From Candidatus Marinacidobacterium sp. (GTDB lineage Bacteria; Acidobacteriota; Vicinamibacteria; Marinacidobacterales; Marinacidobacteraceae): 64,000 nucleotides of DNA. Positions 20,771 to 29,716 of this stretch are shown here, piece by piece. Positions within the stretch are counted from its first letter, which is position 1. Every line of letters begins with the position of its first letter. Made by a program: the position numbers and the translations under genes. The notes under the pieces were generated by a model that did not search any database, was not told the origin of the DNA, and saw only the letters and a list, made by a program, of their open reading frames with translations. Where the stretch lies: positions 480,001-544,000 of the forward strand of contig OZ244852.1 in assembly GCA_965220965.1 (NCBI GenBank), given 5' to 3'.

Positions 20771-23686
20771 TCAGAGCTTCGGGTCCGGGGAAAACGCCAT
20801 CTGGCGGGTGGCCATCCGTCGGAAAGGGCCGTCCTCGGCCATCAGCGCCTGATAGTTCCCGGACTGGACGACGCGCCCTGACTCGAGCACATGAATGCGG
20901 TCCGCCCGGCGGATGGTGGAGAGACGGTGCGCGATGACGATCCGGGTCGCAGCCGATGACTCGATGCCCGCCATCGCCTGGGCCTGGCTCTTGCGGTCCA
21001 GCCAGCTCGTGGCTTCGTCGAGAAACAGGATGCGCGGCTTGCGCACGAGCGCGGCGGCGAGCGAGATGCCCTGGGTCTGCCCCCCGGACAGCACGGCCGC
21101 GTCGCCCACGCTGGTGTGCATCCCCATCGGCATGGCCGCGATGTCCCGCGCCACGCCCGCCAGCTTCGCCGCCCCCCAGGCGTCGGTGAGGTCCAGGTCC
21201 TCCGTCCCGACGATGTTCTCCAGAATGCTGCCCGGCATCAGGCCCTGCTCCTGCATCACGACCCCCACGTGACGCCGCACCGCGCGCCGATCGATGTGCG
21301 CGAGGTTCCGGCCGTCGTAGTAGATGGCGCCGGCTGACGGCTCGTCGAGGCCGAGCGCCAGCCGGATGAGCGTGCTCTTGCCGGCGCCGGACTCCCCGAC
21401 GATCGCGACGAACTCCCCCGGCCGGACGTGGATCGAGACGCCCTGGAGGATCTCGCGCGCCCCCGGCGCATACTTGAACCGCACGTTGTCGAACCGGATC
21501 TCGCCGCTCAGCTCGACGGGAGGGGCGTTCGCCGTCGGAGTCGATTCCGGAACGCGGGCCAGCACCGGCCCCACCTGCTCGCACGAGGGCCCGATCTCGG
21601 CGATCGTGTCGAACACCTGCCCCAGCGCGATGACCGAGCCGAACAGGACCATGGCGGCCAGGTAGGCGACGAGGAAGTCCCCGGTCGCCTCCGCTCCGCG
21701 CTCCTGCCGGCTCGCCAGCAGGAAGATGGCGGCGCCGGCCAGCGCCGGGAGGGCGGCGAAGAGCGCCTGGAGGTGTTCCTGGAGCGAGGAAACCCGGACT
21801 TCGGCCTCCTTCTGTTCCCGGTAACGCCGCGCCCAGGCGGCGTAGGCGAACCCTTCCGCGCCGCTCTGCCGCAGCCGGACGATTCCGGCCACGAACTGCA
21901 GCAGGTCCCGCGTCTGTCGACGGGCGGCCTCGAGTCGCCGGCGCTGCGCGCGGGTCTGGACCGCGCCGAGTCCGCCAGCGAGCAGGAGCGGGGCGAGACC
22001 GAAACCGAGGACGAGCAGGCCGAACCAGACGTCGAACAGGAAGAGCAGACAGACCGCCGGCAGAAGCTGAAACGGCGCGAGCAGGGTCGCCGCCACCGAG
22101 CCGCCGACCTGGTCGCGGAGCCGCTGGAAGACGGTGGCGCGAACCGCCGAGTCGCCGGCTGTCGTATGCGGATCCACCCGGCTCCGGACCAGGCGATCCC
22201 ACAGCGCCGCCGTGAGCCGGCTGGAAACCCGCGCCTCGAGGCGCATCGCGGCCGCCCCACGGAGGACGCCGGCGGCGCCGGCGACCAGGGCCAGAGGGAG
22301 CAGGCCGGCGGTGAAGGCGATCAGGATGCCGGGCTGGCCGGTGGGGATCACCCGCTCGATCAGCGCGCCGAGCGTGACCGGCGGCGCCATCGCCAGAAGG
22401 CCGGCGACCACCCCCGCCAGCGCAAGGGCGAGCGCGTCCCCCAGCAGGTTGTGTTTCGCCAGCCCCCCGAGGTCGCGCCATCCGGCCGGACGGCGAGACG
22501 GCAATCCGGGGTAGGGGAGCCAGGCCATCTCCTCCAGGCCTGCGGCCACGCCGGCATTCACCGTTACGGAACTCCCTGAGGCCGGATCCACCGCCCGGTA
22601 GCCACCCGTGCGGGGAATCAGCGCGATCGGGCGCCCGTCCTCTCGACCGCGGCCCAGCATGGCTCCGCTGTCGCTTCGCCACCAGGCGTCGTCCCTCCGC
22701 AGCCGCACCCGGCGGGCCTGAACGCCGGTCGCCCGGAAGACCTGCTCGGCGCCGGGTTCCTCCCCGCCCTTCAGCGGGGGAGCGCGGAACTCCATGCCGC
22801 TGTGGCGACCCACGGCTTCGAGGGCCGCCATCAGCGGACGCCGCTCGCGCGCCGCGGCGGGGCCGTGGAACAGGGCGGCGAGATGCGCCTTCCCCTCGGC
22901 CTCGGCCTCCCGGCCGCGATGGGACGCCTCGACCTGCAGGTTGGCGAAGTCCACCGCCCGGAGCCGCCGGGTGAGGCCCTCGGCGCCCAGGATGAGCTCG
23001 TGGAAGCGCGCCAGCGCCGACCCCAGCAGCAGTTCCGGGGCGAGTTCCCGGGAGGCGATGGCATGGGTCTCCACGCCGGCCGCAAGCGTTACCCAGGCGT
23101 CCCTGGTGATGGCCGTCGGGGCGCCGTCCGGCACCGGCTCGAGGTCGAGGAACAGGGATCCGGGTATGGCGTCCGGCCCGATCCAGACGACGCCGCGGGC
23201 TGCGGCGATCCGGCCTTCCTCCACCGCTCCCTCGGACCCCGGCGTGAGCCGCGCCCCGATCCGGGGCATGGGCCGGATGGCGCTCGCCACCCCGGCGGCG
23301 AACGGACGGATCCAGGCGTCGACCTGGGCGGCCAGCGCCTCGCCTCCGTCGCGCCTTCGGGCCTCGGCGAGGAGGCGATCCACCGCGATCCGGCGGACCG
23401 TGGTCCCGGCGATCCCCTTGGCGTGGAGGCCGAGCGAGGCGCCCTTGCCGCCCTCCGGGACGGCCCCGAAGGCCAGCCGACCGGGGAGGACGCGGAGCGC
23501 ATGCCGGAACCCGGATCGGGCGCCATCGGTCGCCAGGTCGACGACGAAGACGTCCAGCCCGCCCGATTCGACGAGCCAGCAATACCGCGGATCGTCGAGG
23601 TCGAGCGGTCGATTCGAGGCCGCTGTCCGCGGCGCCGAGCTCGAAGCCGCCAGCTCGGTGAGCCAGGCCGGCGCCGTATCAGTCAT
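20771..23686 (-). CDS. NHLP bacteriocin export ABC transporter, permease/ATPase subunit
   Basis: N-terminal CWLVESGGLDVF domain, WWRSDSGAMLG, TM domain, GESGAGKST, LSGGQ, LDEAT, IAHRL. Confidence 0.92.
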   Translation of the reverse strand: MTDTAPAWLTELAASSSAPRTAASNRPLDLDDPRYCWLVESGGLDVFVVDLATDGARSGFRHALRVLPGRLAFGAVPEGGKGASLGLHAKGIAGTTVRRIAVDRLLAEARRRDGGEALAAQVDAWIRPFAAGVASAIRPMPRIGARLTPGSEGAVEEGRIAAARGVVWIGPDAIPGSLFLDLEPVPDGAPTAITRDAWVTLAAGVETHAIASRELAPELLLGSALARFHELILGAEGLTRRLRAVDFANLQVEASHRGREAEAEGKAHLAALFHGPAAARERRPLMAALEAVGRHSGMEFRAPPLKGGEEPGAEQVFRATGVQARRVRLRRDDAWWRSDSGAMLGRGREDGRPIALIPRTGGYRAVDPASGSSVTVNAGVAAGLEEMAWLPYPGLPSRRPAGWRDLGGLAKHNLLGDALALALAGVVAGLLAMAPPVTLGALIERVIPTGQPGILIAFTAGLLPLALVAGAAGVLRGAAAMRLEARVSSRLTAALWDRLVRSRVDPHTTAGDSAVRATVFQRLRDQVGGSVAATLLAPFQLLPAVCLLFLFDVWFGLLVLGFGLAPLLLAGGLGAVQTRAQRRRLEAARRQTRDLLQFVAGIVRLRQSGAEGFAYAAWARRYREQKEAEVRVSSLQEHLQALFAALPALAGAAIFLLASRQERGAEATGDFLVAYLAAMVLFGSVIALGQVFDTIAEIGPSCEQVGPVLARVPESTPTANAPPVELSGEIRFDNVRFKYAPGAREILQGVSIHVRPGEFVAIVGESGAGKSTLIRLALGLDEPSAGAIYYDGRNLAHIDRRAVRRHVGVVMQEQGLMPGSILENIVGTEDLDLTDAWGAAKLAGVARDIAAMPMGMHTSVGDAAVLSGGQTQGISLAAALVRKPRILFLDEATSWLDRKSQAQAMAGIESSAATRIVIAHRLSTIRRADRIHVLESGRVVQSGNYQALMAEDGPFRRMATRQMAFSPDPKL

Positions 23687-25886
23687 CGCCCACCAGGTCG
23701 CGGTATAGGCCCTCGACCGCGATCAGCTCGTCGTGCGAGCCGGTCTGGACCGGCCGGCCCGAGTCGAGGACCACGATCAGGTCGCTGTCGCGAATCGTCG
23801 AGAGCCGGTGAGCGATGATGAGGCAGGAACACCCCCGGCGGCGGAGCGCGTCGTCGATCTCCTGTTCGGTGAGCACATCGAGCCCGCTGGTCGCCTCGTC
23901 CAGAACCAGAACCGAGGGCTCGTTGACCAGCGCGCGGGCGATCTCGAGCCGCAGCCGCTCCCCGCCGCTGAAGTTGCGCCCCGCCTCCTCCACCGGCGTC
24001 TCGTAGCCGAGCGGCCGGCGCAGAATCTCCTCGTGGATCCGGGCGTCGCGCGCCGCCGCCACCACCAGTTCGTCCGGCGCGGCGCTGTTCCACAGCGTGA
24101 GGTTCTCCCGGACGGTCGCCGCGAACAGGAACGGGCTCTGGTCCACCATCGAGACCGAGTTCTGGAGCACCGCCGACGGAATCCGGCGACGGGGAACGCC
24201 GTCGAAACAGACCTCTCCCGACCAGGGCTCGTGAACGCCGGCCACCAGCGAGGCGAGAGTCGATTTGCCCGACCCGATGGATCCCACGATCGCCACCCGC
24301 TGCCCGGGTTCGATCGTCAGCGAGAAGTTCTCGATCAGCGGCGGGCGGTTTCGCTGGAAGCCGAAGGTGACATCGCGCAGCTCGATCCTTCCGGCGAGCC
24401 GGACTCGTCCGGCGAGGGTGGCGACCCCCGGACCCTCACTCTCGGCAGCCGCCGGGTTCTCCTCGTCGCCCGAGACCACCAGGACGTCGTTCAGGCGCTG
24501 GAGCTGTCCCTCGAGCGACTGGATCGTGTCCGAGAACTGCGTCAACTGACATACCGGGCGGAGGAAGTTGCCGGCCACGACGTAGAAACCAACCAGCGTT
24601 CCGATGGTCATGTCGCCGTTCATGGCGCGCCAGCCGCCGAAACCGAAGACCGCCGCGGCGCCCAGGATCAGGACGAAATCCGGCAGCGCCGTGGTGACGT
24701 GCCCGAGCTCGGCGAACTCCTGGCGCGCCTTCAGTTCCCGCGCCTGGTGGCCGGCTGCGCGCGAAAAGAAGCGGTTCTCCGAAGCGGTGGCCTGGAGCTG
24801 GGTCAGGCGGCGCAGTCCGGACGTGACGTATCCCGCCAGCTCTCCCTGGGCGCGCGCGAATCCCGGGCTGAGTTCCGCCCGCCGATTGCGCACCAGCCGC
24901 GCGAGCGCCAGCGCCAGGATGGCGAGCGCGGCCACCGCCACCGCCGACGGGACGTCGAAGACGAACATAAGCGCGAGGAACGAGAGCCCGAGCGCCACAT
25001 CGGCGAAGAGCGACACGAGCTGGGTCGCGCTGACGGTGGCCACGCCGTCCACCAGCCGCATGCGATCCACCAGGTCGCCGGCCAGCCGGCGGCTGAAGAA
25101 GGACATCGGACGCCGGAGCAGTCGCGTGAAATAGCGGTCGGCGTACTCGACCGACATCCGCACTCCCATCCGCCGCAGCGTTCGCATCTGGAGCCAGGTG
25201 AGCAGGTAGACCAGCGCGGCGACGCCTCCGGCCGCCGCGATCAGCGCCCCGGACCGCGCGGCCTGGCCGCCGATCAGCACCTGATCCACGAAGAGGGCGA
25301 GGAGCAGCGGCAGGGCGAGGCCGGAGGCCGCGAGGAACAGCGAATAGAGCGCCGCGAGTCCGAGCGAGGGTCGATGCCCGGAGAACCAGGGCCAGAGCTG
25401 CCGCAGCACGCCCGACGACTGGCCGCCCTGACGAAACTCCGGCGTCGCCTCCGGGATCAGGAGCACCCCGGTGAACGCCGTGTCGAAGTCCTTCGCCCCG
25501 ATGGTCCGGTGTCCGCTCGCCGGGTCGTTGATGTGGAAGCCGTCGCGGTCAGCGCCCTCGAGAACGACGAAGTGGTTGAACTCCCAGAAGAGGATCGACG
25601 GAACCGGCGAGGCGTCCAGTTGGGAAGGTTCCCGGCGCCATCCGGTGGTCTTCAGCCCGTAGGTCGAGGCGGCGCGGACGATGTCCCCGGCGGTGCAGCC
25701 GTCGCGTCCGGTCCCGCACGCCTCCCGCATCTCCTCGAGGGTGGCCCGGTAGCCGAAGTGGGCCAGCACGATGCCGAGACAGGCGGCGCCGCAGTCGGAG
25801 GCCTCCTGCTGAAGGAAGACCGGTGTGCGGACCCGCCTTCGCCGGCGAAACGGCGACAGCCGCCTCACCGCGTCGCTCAGCTTCAC
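23679..25886 (-). CDS. NHLP bacteriocin export ABC transporter with C39 peptidase
   Basis: GTG 25886; QQEASDCGAACL, WEFNHFVVLEG, INDPASG (C39 Cys/His/Asp); GSIGSGKST, FSGGE, LDEAT. Confidence 0.94.
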   Translation of the reverse strand: MKLSDAVRRLSPFRRRRRVRTPVFLQQEASDCGAACLGIVLAHFGYRATLEEMREACGTGRDGCTAGDIVRAASTYGLKTTGWRREPSQLDASPVPSILFWEFNHFVVLEGADRDGFHINDPASGHRTIGAKDFDTAFTGVLLIPEATPEFRQGGQSSGVLRQLWPWFSGHRPSLGLAALYSLFLAASGLALPLLLALFVDQVLIGGQAARSGALIAAAGGVAALVYLLTWLQMRTLRRMGVRMSVEYADRYFTRLLRRPMSFFSRRLAGDLVDRMRLVDGVATVSATQLVSLFADVALGLSFLALMFVFDVPSAVAVAALAILALALARLVRNRRAELSPGFARAQGELAGYVTSGLRRLTQLQATASENRFFSRAAGHQARELKARQEFAELGHVTTALPDFVLILGAAAVFGFGGWRAMNGDMTIGTLVGFYVVAGNFLRPVCQLTQFSDTIQSLEGQLQRLNDVLVVSGDEENPAAAESEGPGVATLAGRVRLAGRIELRDVTFGFQRNRPPLIENFSLTIEPGQRVAIVGSIGSGKSTLASLVAGVHEPWSGEVCFDGVPRRRIPSAVLQNSVSMVDQSPFLFAATVRENLTLWNSAAPDELVVAAARDARIHEEILRRPLGYETPVEEAGRNFSGGERLRLEIARALVNEPSVLVLDEATSGLDVLTEQEIDDALRRRGCSCLIIAHRLSTIRDSDLIVVLDSGRPVQTGSHDELIAVEGLYRDLVGDD

Positions 25887-26740
25887 GGATCGGGCAGCAG
25901 AAGCGCGAGCGGCGAGGTCCGCCCCGTCGGGATGGCCACCCGCGCGGCCGCCCCCTCCCGGACTCCCGGGGTCCCCGGCGGGAGCGCCAGTCGAACGAGC
26001 CGCGCGCTCTCCGATGCGAAGGAAGCCCGGGCGGCCAGGCTGGACGCGGAAGGGTCGAGGACCTCTTCCAAGACCGAGGACGCCGGCTCCTCGCTCGCCC
26101 CGAGCCGCACCGCAACGGCAGCCCCCCGGGAGATCCTCGCCGCGAGTCCGTCCTCGACGGCGACCAGAACCTCGGGCAAGCCGCCGTCCGCGCGGACTTC
26201 GGCCACCGGCTGACCCTCGGACACCGGAACTCCGACCGCCAGATCGTTCAGGACGAGGATCCCGGCGACCGGGCTGATGACCTCGGCGGCGGCCTCGGCG
26301 GCCTCCAGGTCGGCGCGCGCGACCTCGAGCGCCGGTGGTTCCGAATCGGCGTCCGACGCCAGGCTCCGGGCCTCGACGACCGCGAGCCGGGCCTCGGCGA
26401 GCGCGATCCGCAGCGCGGTCTCCGGCCCTTCGATGCGCGCCACGACCTGACCGGGCCGGACCGGGTCGCCGTCCCCGGCGAGCAGTTCGACGACGGTCCC
26501 GCCGGCGCCGGCGGCGAGCGCGGTCCGCTCTCCGCCGAAGACGACGAGGCCCTCCCGGATCTCGATCCGATCCACCCGCACCAGGGCGCCCCACGCGACG
26601 GCGGCGATCACCCCCGCCGCCAGCGCCACGCGCAGTTGCCGCTCGTGCGGCGCGCTCACGCAGAGGGGGTCGTCAAGGGGGTCCGGCCGCGCGCTCTCGA
26701 GCAGCGCGGACTCCCGAAACGGCGAGGAGCCAGTCCACAT
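25883..26740 (-). CDS. NHLP-system secretion adaptor (HlyD-like), short form
   Basis: PFRESAL..PDPLDDPL, TM helix, split lipoyl-like halves, C-terminal SPLALLLP; overlaps the transporter start. Confidence 0.8.
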   Translation of the reverse strand: MWTGSSPFRESALLESARPDPLDDPLCVSAPHERQLRVALAAGVIAAVAWGALVRVDRIEIREGLVVFGGERTALAAGAGGTVVELLAGDGDPVRPGQVVARIEGPETALRIALAEARLAVVEARSLASDADSEPPALEVARADLEAAEAAAEVISPVAGILVLNDLAVGVPVSEGQPVAEVRADGGLPEVLVAVEDGLAARISRGAAVAVRLGASEEPASSVLEEVLDPSASSLAARASFASESARLVRLALPPGTPGVREGAAARVAIPTGRTSPLALLLPDP

Positions 26741-26917
26741 GCACTGCTGATCCTCGCATGATCCGCCCCCTCAGCGGAGGAACGCCACGCCGCGCGGCGG
26801 GATGTCCCGGCTCGGGGAGCGGCCGGCGCGGCGTCCGCTCCCCCGGGTCGGTCAGTCAGGCGCTGTCACCGCCGGAGCGCGCGCCGGGGATGCGCATGCC
26901 GCCGGCGACGGCGTCTG

Positions 26918-27181
26918 CTACATCGTGACGGCGCACATGCAGGAGATGCCGCCCGAGACGCCGTCGAGCTGCTCCTCGCTCAGTTGGGGCGAGGGCGGGA
27001 GGACCAGGCGCCCCTCGGTGGAGCTGTCCTCGTGCTCCGGCGCCTCGAACCCGTCGGGGAGGGTGATGTCGAACTCCTCCTCGATCGCGGCCTTCGGATC
27101 CTGGGTCCGACGAGCGCGAAAGACGGGATCCTCTCCCGCCTTGGCGATGAGGCGGGCGCGCATCTCGGTCACGGACTTCAT
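26918..27181 (-). CDS. NHLP-family RiPP precursor 3; core ISCMCAVTM
   Basis: MKSVTEMRARLIAKA..LDGVSGG-ISCMCAVTM; GGGAGGA RBS before ATG 27181. Confidence 0.9.
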   Translation of the reverse strand: MKSVTEMRARLIAKAGEDPVFRARRTQDPKAAIEEEFDITLPDGFEAPEHEDSSTEGRLVLPPSPQLSEEQLDGVSGGISCMCAVTM

Positions 27182-27242
27182 GAGCCGTTTCCTCCCTGGA
27201 ACATCAGCCTGACCACCGCCGGATCCCCGACGCAAACAACTG

Positions 27243-27962
27243 TCACCGGTTGGATCGGGCCGCTTCGCGCCCCGGGGGACCAGTGGCCGGAACCGCGGCG
27301 CCGCGGTGCAGACGCCGGTAGAGCGGCGCGAGGCGGCGCGGCGGCGCCCCCGCCAGCCAGGCCAGCAGCGTCAGGTTGTCGAGGACGGCGGTGAGGACCG
27401 GGCCGAGGCGGCGCCAGTGTTCGTCCCCGGTCGTGACCGGACTCGCGGTCGGGACCAGAAGGCCCACGCGGCGGATCCGGCGGGCGAAGGCGGCGTCCTC
27501 CATGATCGGATCGTCCGGGAAGCCGCCGACCTCGAGGAAGGCGGACCGGCGGACGAAGATGGCCTGGTCGCCGTAGGGAAGGCGCAGCCAGCGGGCGCGC
27601 CGGTTGGCGCGGCGGGCGCCGCCCCGGAGCAGGCGGCTCGCCGTCTCGACGCGTTGCGGAAACCACCCGCCGACGGCGCCGGGCTGCGCCAGCGCTCGCT
27701 CGATCTGCGCTTCCGCGTCGGGAGGGAGGCGGCAGTCTGCATGGAGGAAGAGCAGCACCCGGCCGCGGGCTTCCCGCGCCCCCAGGTTCATCTGCCGGGC
27801 CCGGCCGGGGGAGGAAAGGAGGACCCGCGCCCCCGCCGATCCCGCCTCGGCGACGGTGGCGTCCCCGCTCCCGCCGTCCACCACGAGGACTTCGGCCCCG
27901 GGCGGCGCGGACCGGATGGCGCGCCCGACAGCCCCCGCCGCGTCGAGCGAGGGGATGACCAC
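27243..27962 (-). CDS. GT2 glycosyltransferase, TIGR04283-like
   Basis: VVDGGSGDAT, GRARQMNLGA, LLFLHADC, PYGDQAIFVRR, GGFPDDPIMED. Confidence 0.88.
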   Translation of the reverse strand: MVIPSLDAAGAVGRAIRSAPPGAEVLVVDGGSGDATVAEAGSAGARVLLSSPGRARQMNLGAREARGRVLLFLHADCRLPPDAEAQIERALAQPGAVGGWFPQRVETASRLLRGGARRANRRARWLRLPYGDQAIFVRRSAFLEVGGFPDDPIMEDAAFARRIRRVGLLVPTASPVTTGDEHWRRLGPVLTAVLDNLTLLAWLAGAPPRRLAPLYRRLHRGAAVPATGPPGREAARSNR

Positions 27963-28098
27963 CGAGAGGCGCGGACCCCCGCCCGGGGTGGCCGGTCGGG
28001 GCGGATTCTGGGGGAACGTTGGTCTTTACCTCCGGGCGGGGCGCCCGCTAGAATTCTGCCGTCCGTCGCCTCGCGCGGTCGGACGCCTCCAGCACTTC

Positions 28099-28551
28099 AT
28101 GGGCGAATACCTCGGTATCCTGGTCGCCGTCCTGCTCGGCGTGGCCTTCGTCGGCGTCACGCTGTTCGTGTCGTCGCTGGTGCGGCCGGCAAGTCCGTCG
28201 GCGGCCAAGGCCCAGCCTTACGAGTGCGGCGAGAACCCGGTTGGAACGCCGTGGGGCGTCCAGTTCAACATCCGGTTCTACGTCTTCGCGCTCGTCTTCC
28301 TCATCTTCGATGTGGAGGCGGTCATGCTCCTGCCATGGGCGCTGGCCTACCTCGATCTCGGCGTCGGAGCACTGGTCGCGGGCATGCTGTTCCTCGGGAT
28401 GCTCGTTCTCGGCCTCGCCGACGTGTGGGTGAAGGGCGACCTCGAATGGGTGCGCTCCGAAGAACGCAGCGCGCTCAAGGCGGGGGTGAAGAGCGGCGCA
28501 GCGACCGCCGCAGCGGCTGCGCAGGTCTCGACGACGGGAGGCCCGGCCTGA
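28099..28551 (+). CDS. nuoA: NADH-quinone oxidoreductase subunit A
   Basis: [29 protein letters not shown]. Confidence 0.95.
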   Translation: MGEYLGILVAVLLGVAFVGVTLFVSSLVRPASPSAAKAQPYECGENPVGTPWGVQFNIRFYVFALVFLIFDVEAVMLLPWALAYLDLGVGALVAGMLFLGMLVLGLADVWVKGDLEWVRSEERSALKAGVKSGAATAAAAAQVSTTGGPA

Positions 28552-28612
28552 GCCATCCGGCCCGGTTTCGGCGCGGACCCCACCTGACCCTGACACGGAA
28601 AACGGAGATCGC

Positions 28613-29152
28613 ATGGATCTGATCGGCGCGCTCGGCAAGAACCAGGTCGCGCTGACCACCGTCAGCGCCATCGTGAACTGGGCGCGGTTGTCGGCGCTGT
28701 GGCCGATGACCTTCGGGCTTGCCTGCTGCGCGATCGAGATGATGGCGACCGGCGCCAGCCGCTTCGACTGGGACCGGCTGGGGCTGATCCCCCGCGCGAC
28801 GCCGAGGCAGTCCGACGTGATGATCGTGGCCGGGACCGTCACCCACAAGATGGCGATCCGGGTCCGCACGCTCTACGACCAGATGCCCGAGCCCAAGTAC
28901 GTGATTTCCATGGGAAGCTGCGCGAACAACGGCGGGCCCTACTGGCAGCACGGCTACCACGTCGTGAAGGGCGTGGACCAGATCATTCCGGTGGACGTCT
29001 ACGTCCCCGGATGCCCTCCCCGGCCCGAAGCGCTCCTCTACGGGATCATGGCGCTCCAGGACCGGATCCGGGAGAAGTCGCTCCTCGAGGATCCGCGCCC
29101 CGGCCGGCCGCCGGCGACGCCCGCCGAGCCGGTGGAGGTGACCGCCGCGTGA
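28613..29152 (+). CDS. nuoB: NADH-quinone oxidoreductase subunit B
   Basis: [27 protein letters not shown]. Confidence 0.97.
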   Translation: MDLIGALGKNQVALTTVSAIVNWARLSALWPMTFGLACCAIEMMATGASRFDWDRLGLIPRATPRQSDVMIVAGTVTHKMAIRVRTLYDQMPEPKYVISMGSCANNGGPYWQHGYHVVKGVDQIIPVDVYVPGCPPRPEALLYGIMALQDRIREKSLLEDPRPGRPPATPAEPVEVTAA

Positions 29153-29700
29153 GCGGCGCCGACATCATCGCGCGGCTCACCGCGCACCTCGGCCTCGCCG
29201 AGGGAGCCTTCGAGGCCGACGCCGAGGCGGCCGACCCGTGGGTCCGGCTTCCGGCCGATCGGCTCCACGAGGCGGCTTCCTTCCTGAAGGCGGATCCGGA
29301 CCTCGACTTCGACACGCTCCACTGCCTCTCCGGCGTGGACTGGCCCGGCGATGACCCGCCCGCCGTCGAGGTCGTCTACCACCTGTTCTCGCTGACGAAG
29401 AAGCACTGGATCGTTCTCAAGGTCCGGGTCCCCCGCGCCGGCGGGAGCGTTCCGACGCTGGAGAACGTGTGGAAGGCCGCGAACTGGCACGAGCGGGAGA
29501 CGTGGGATCTCTTCGGGGTCCGCTTCGAGGGGCACAGCGACCACCGGCGGATCCTGCTGCCGGCGGACTGGCCCGGTCACCCGATGCTGCGGGACTGGGA
29601 GTGGCCGGAGACCTGGCACAAGATCCCGGTGAAGCCGGGTCGCCAGATGTCCGATCGCGCCGAGGGCGGCCAGATGACGGGCGTGGGCCCGTTCGACTGA
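29149..29700 (+). CDS. nuoC: NADH-quinone oxidoreductase subunit C
   Basis: GTG overlapping the nuoB stop; [29 protein letters not shown]. Confidence 0.95.
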   Translation: MSGADIIARLTAHLGLAEGAFEADAEAADPWVRLPADRLHEAASFLKADPDLDFDTLHCLSGVDWPGDDPPAVEVVYHLFSLTKKHWIVLKVRVPRAGGSVPTLENVWKAANWHERETWDLFGVRFEGHSDHRRILLPADWPGHPMLRDWEWPETWHKIPVKPGRQMSDRAEGGQMTGVGPFD

Positions 29701-29716
29701 GGAAGGAGGACGGATC

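Noticed and set aside
20742-23582. 1033-aa ORF as a giant precursor fusion
   Set aside because: Arg/Gly/Pro-rich off-frame translation of the ABC transporter; only the last 86 aa are real.
25887-26594. N-terminal extension of the C39 transporter ORF
   Set aside because: Off-frame overlap with the HlyD gene; the real start is GTG 25886.
19130-27181. Lanthipeptide, ranthipeptide or MNIO (DUF692) modification of the Cys-rich cores
   Set aside because: No LanM/LanB/LanC, radical SAM or DUF692 gene in the window; enzymes acting in trans cannot be excluded.
15004-27242. Mobile element or att sites bounding the RiPP cluster
   Set aside because: No integrase, transposase, tRNA or convincing flanking direct repeats; GC content looks like the surroundings.
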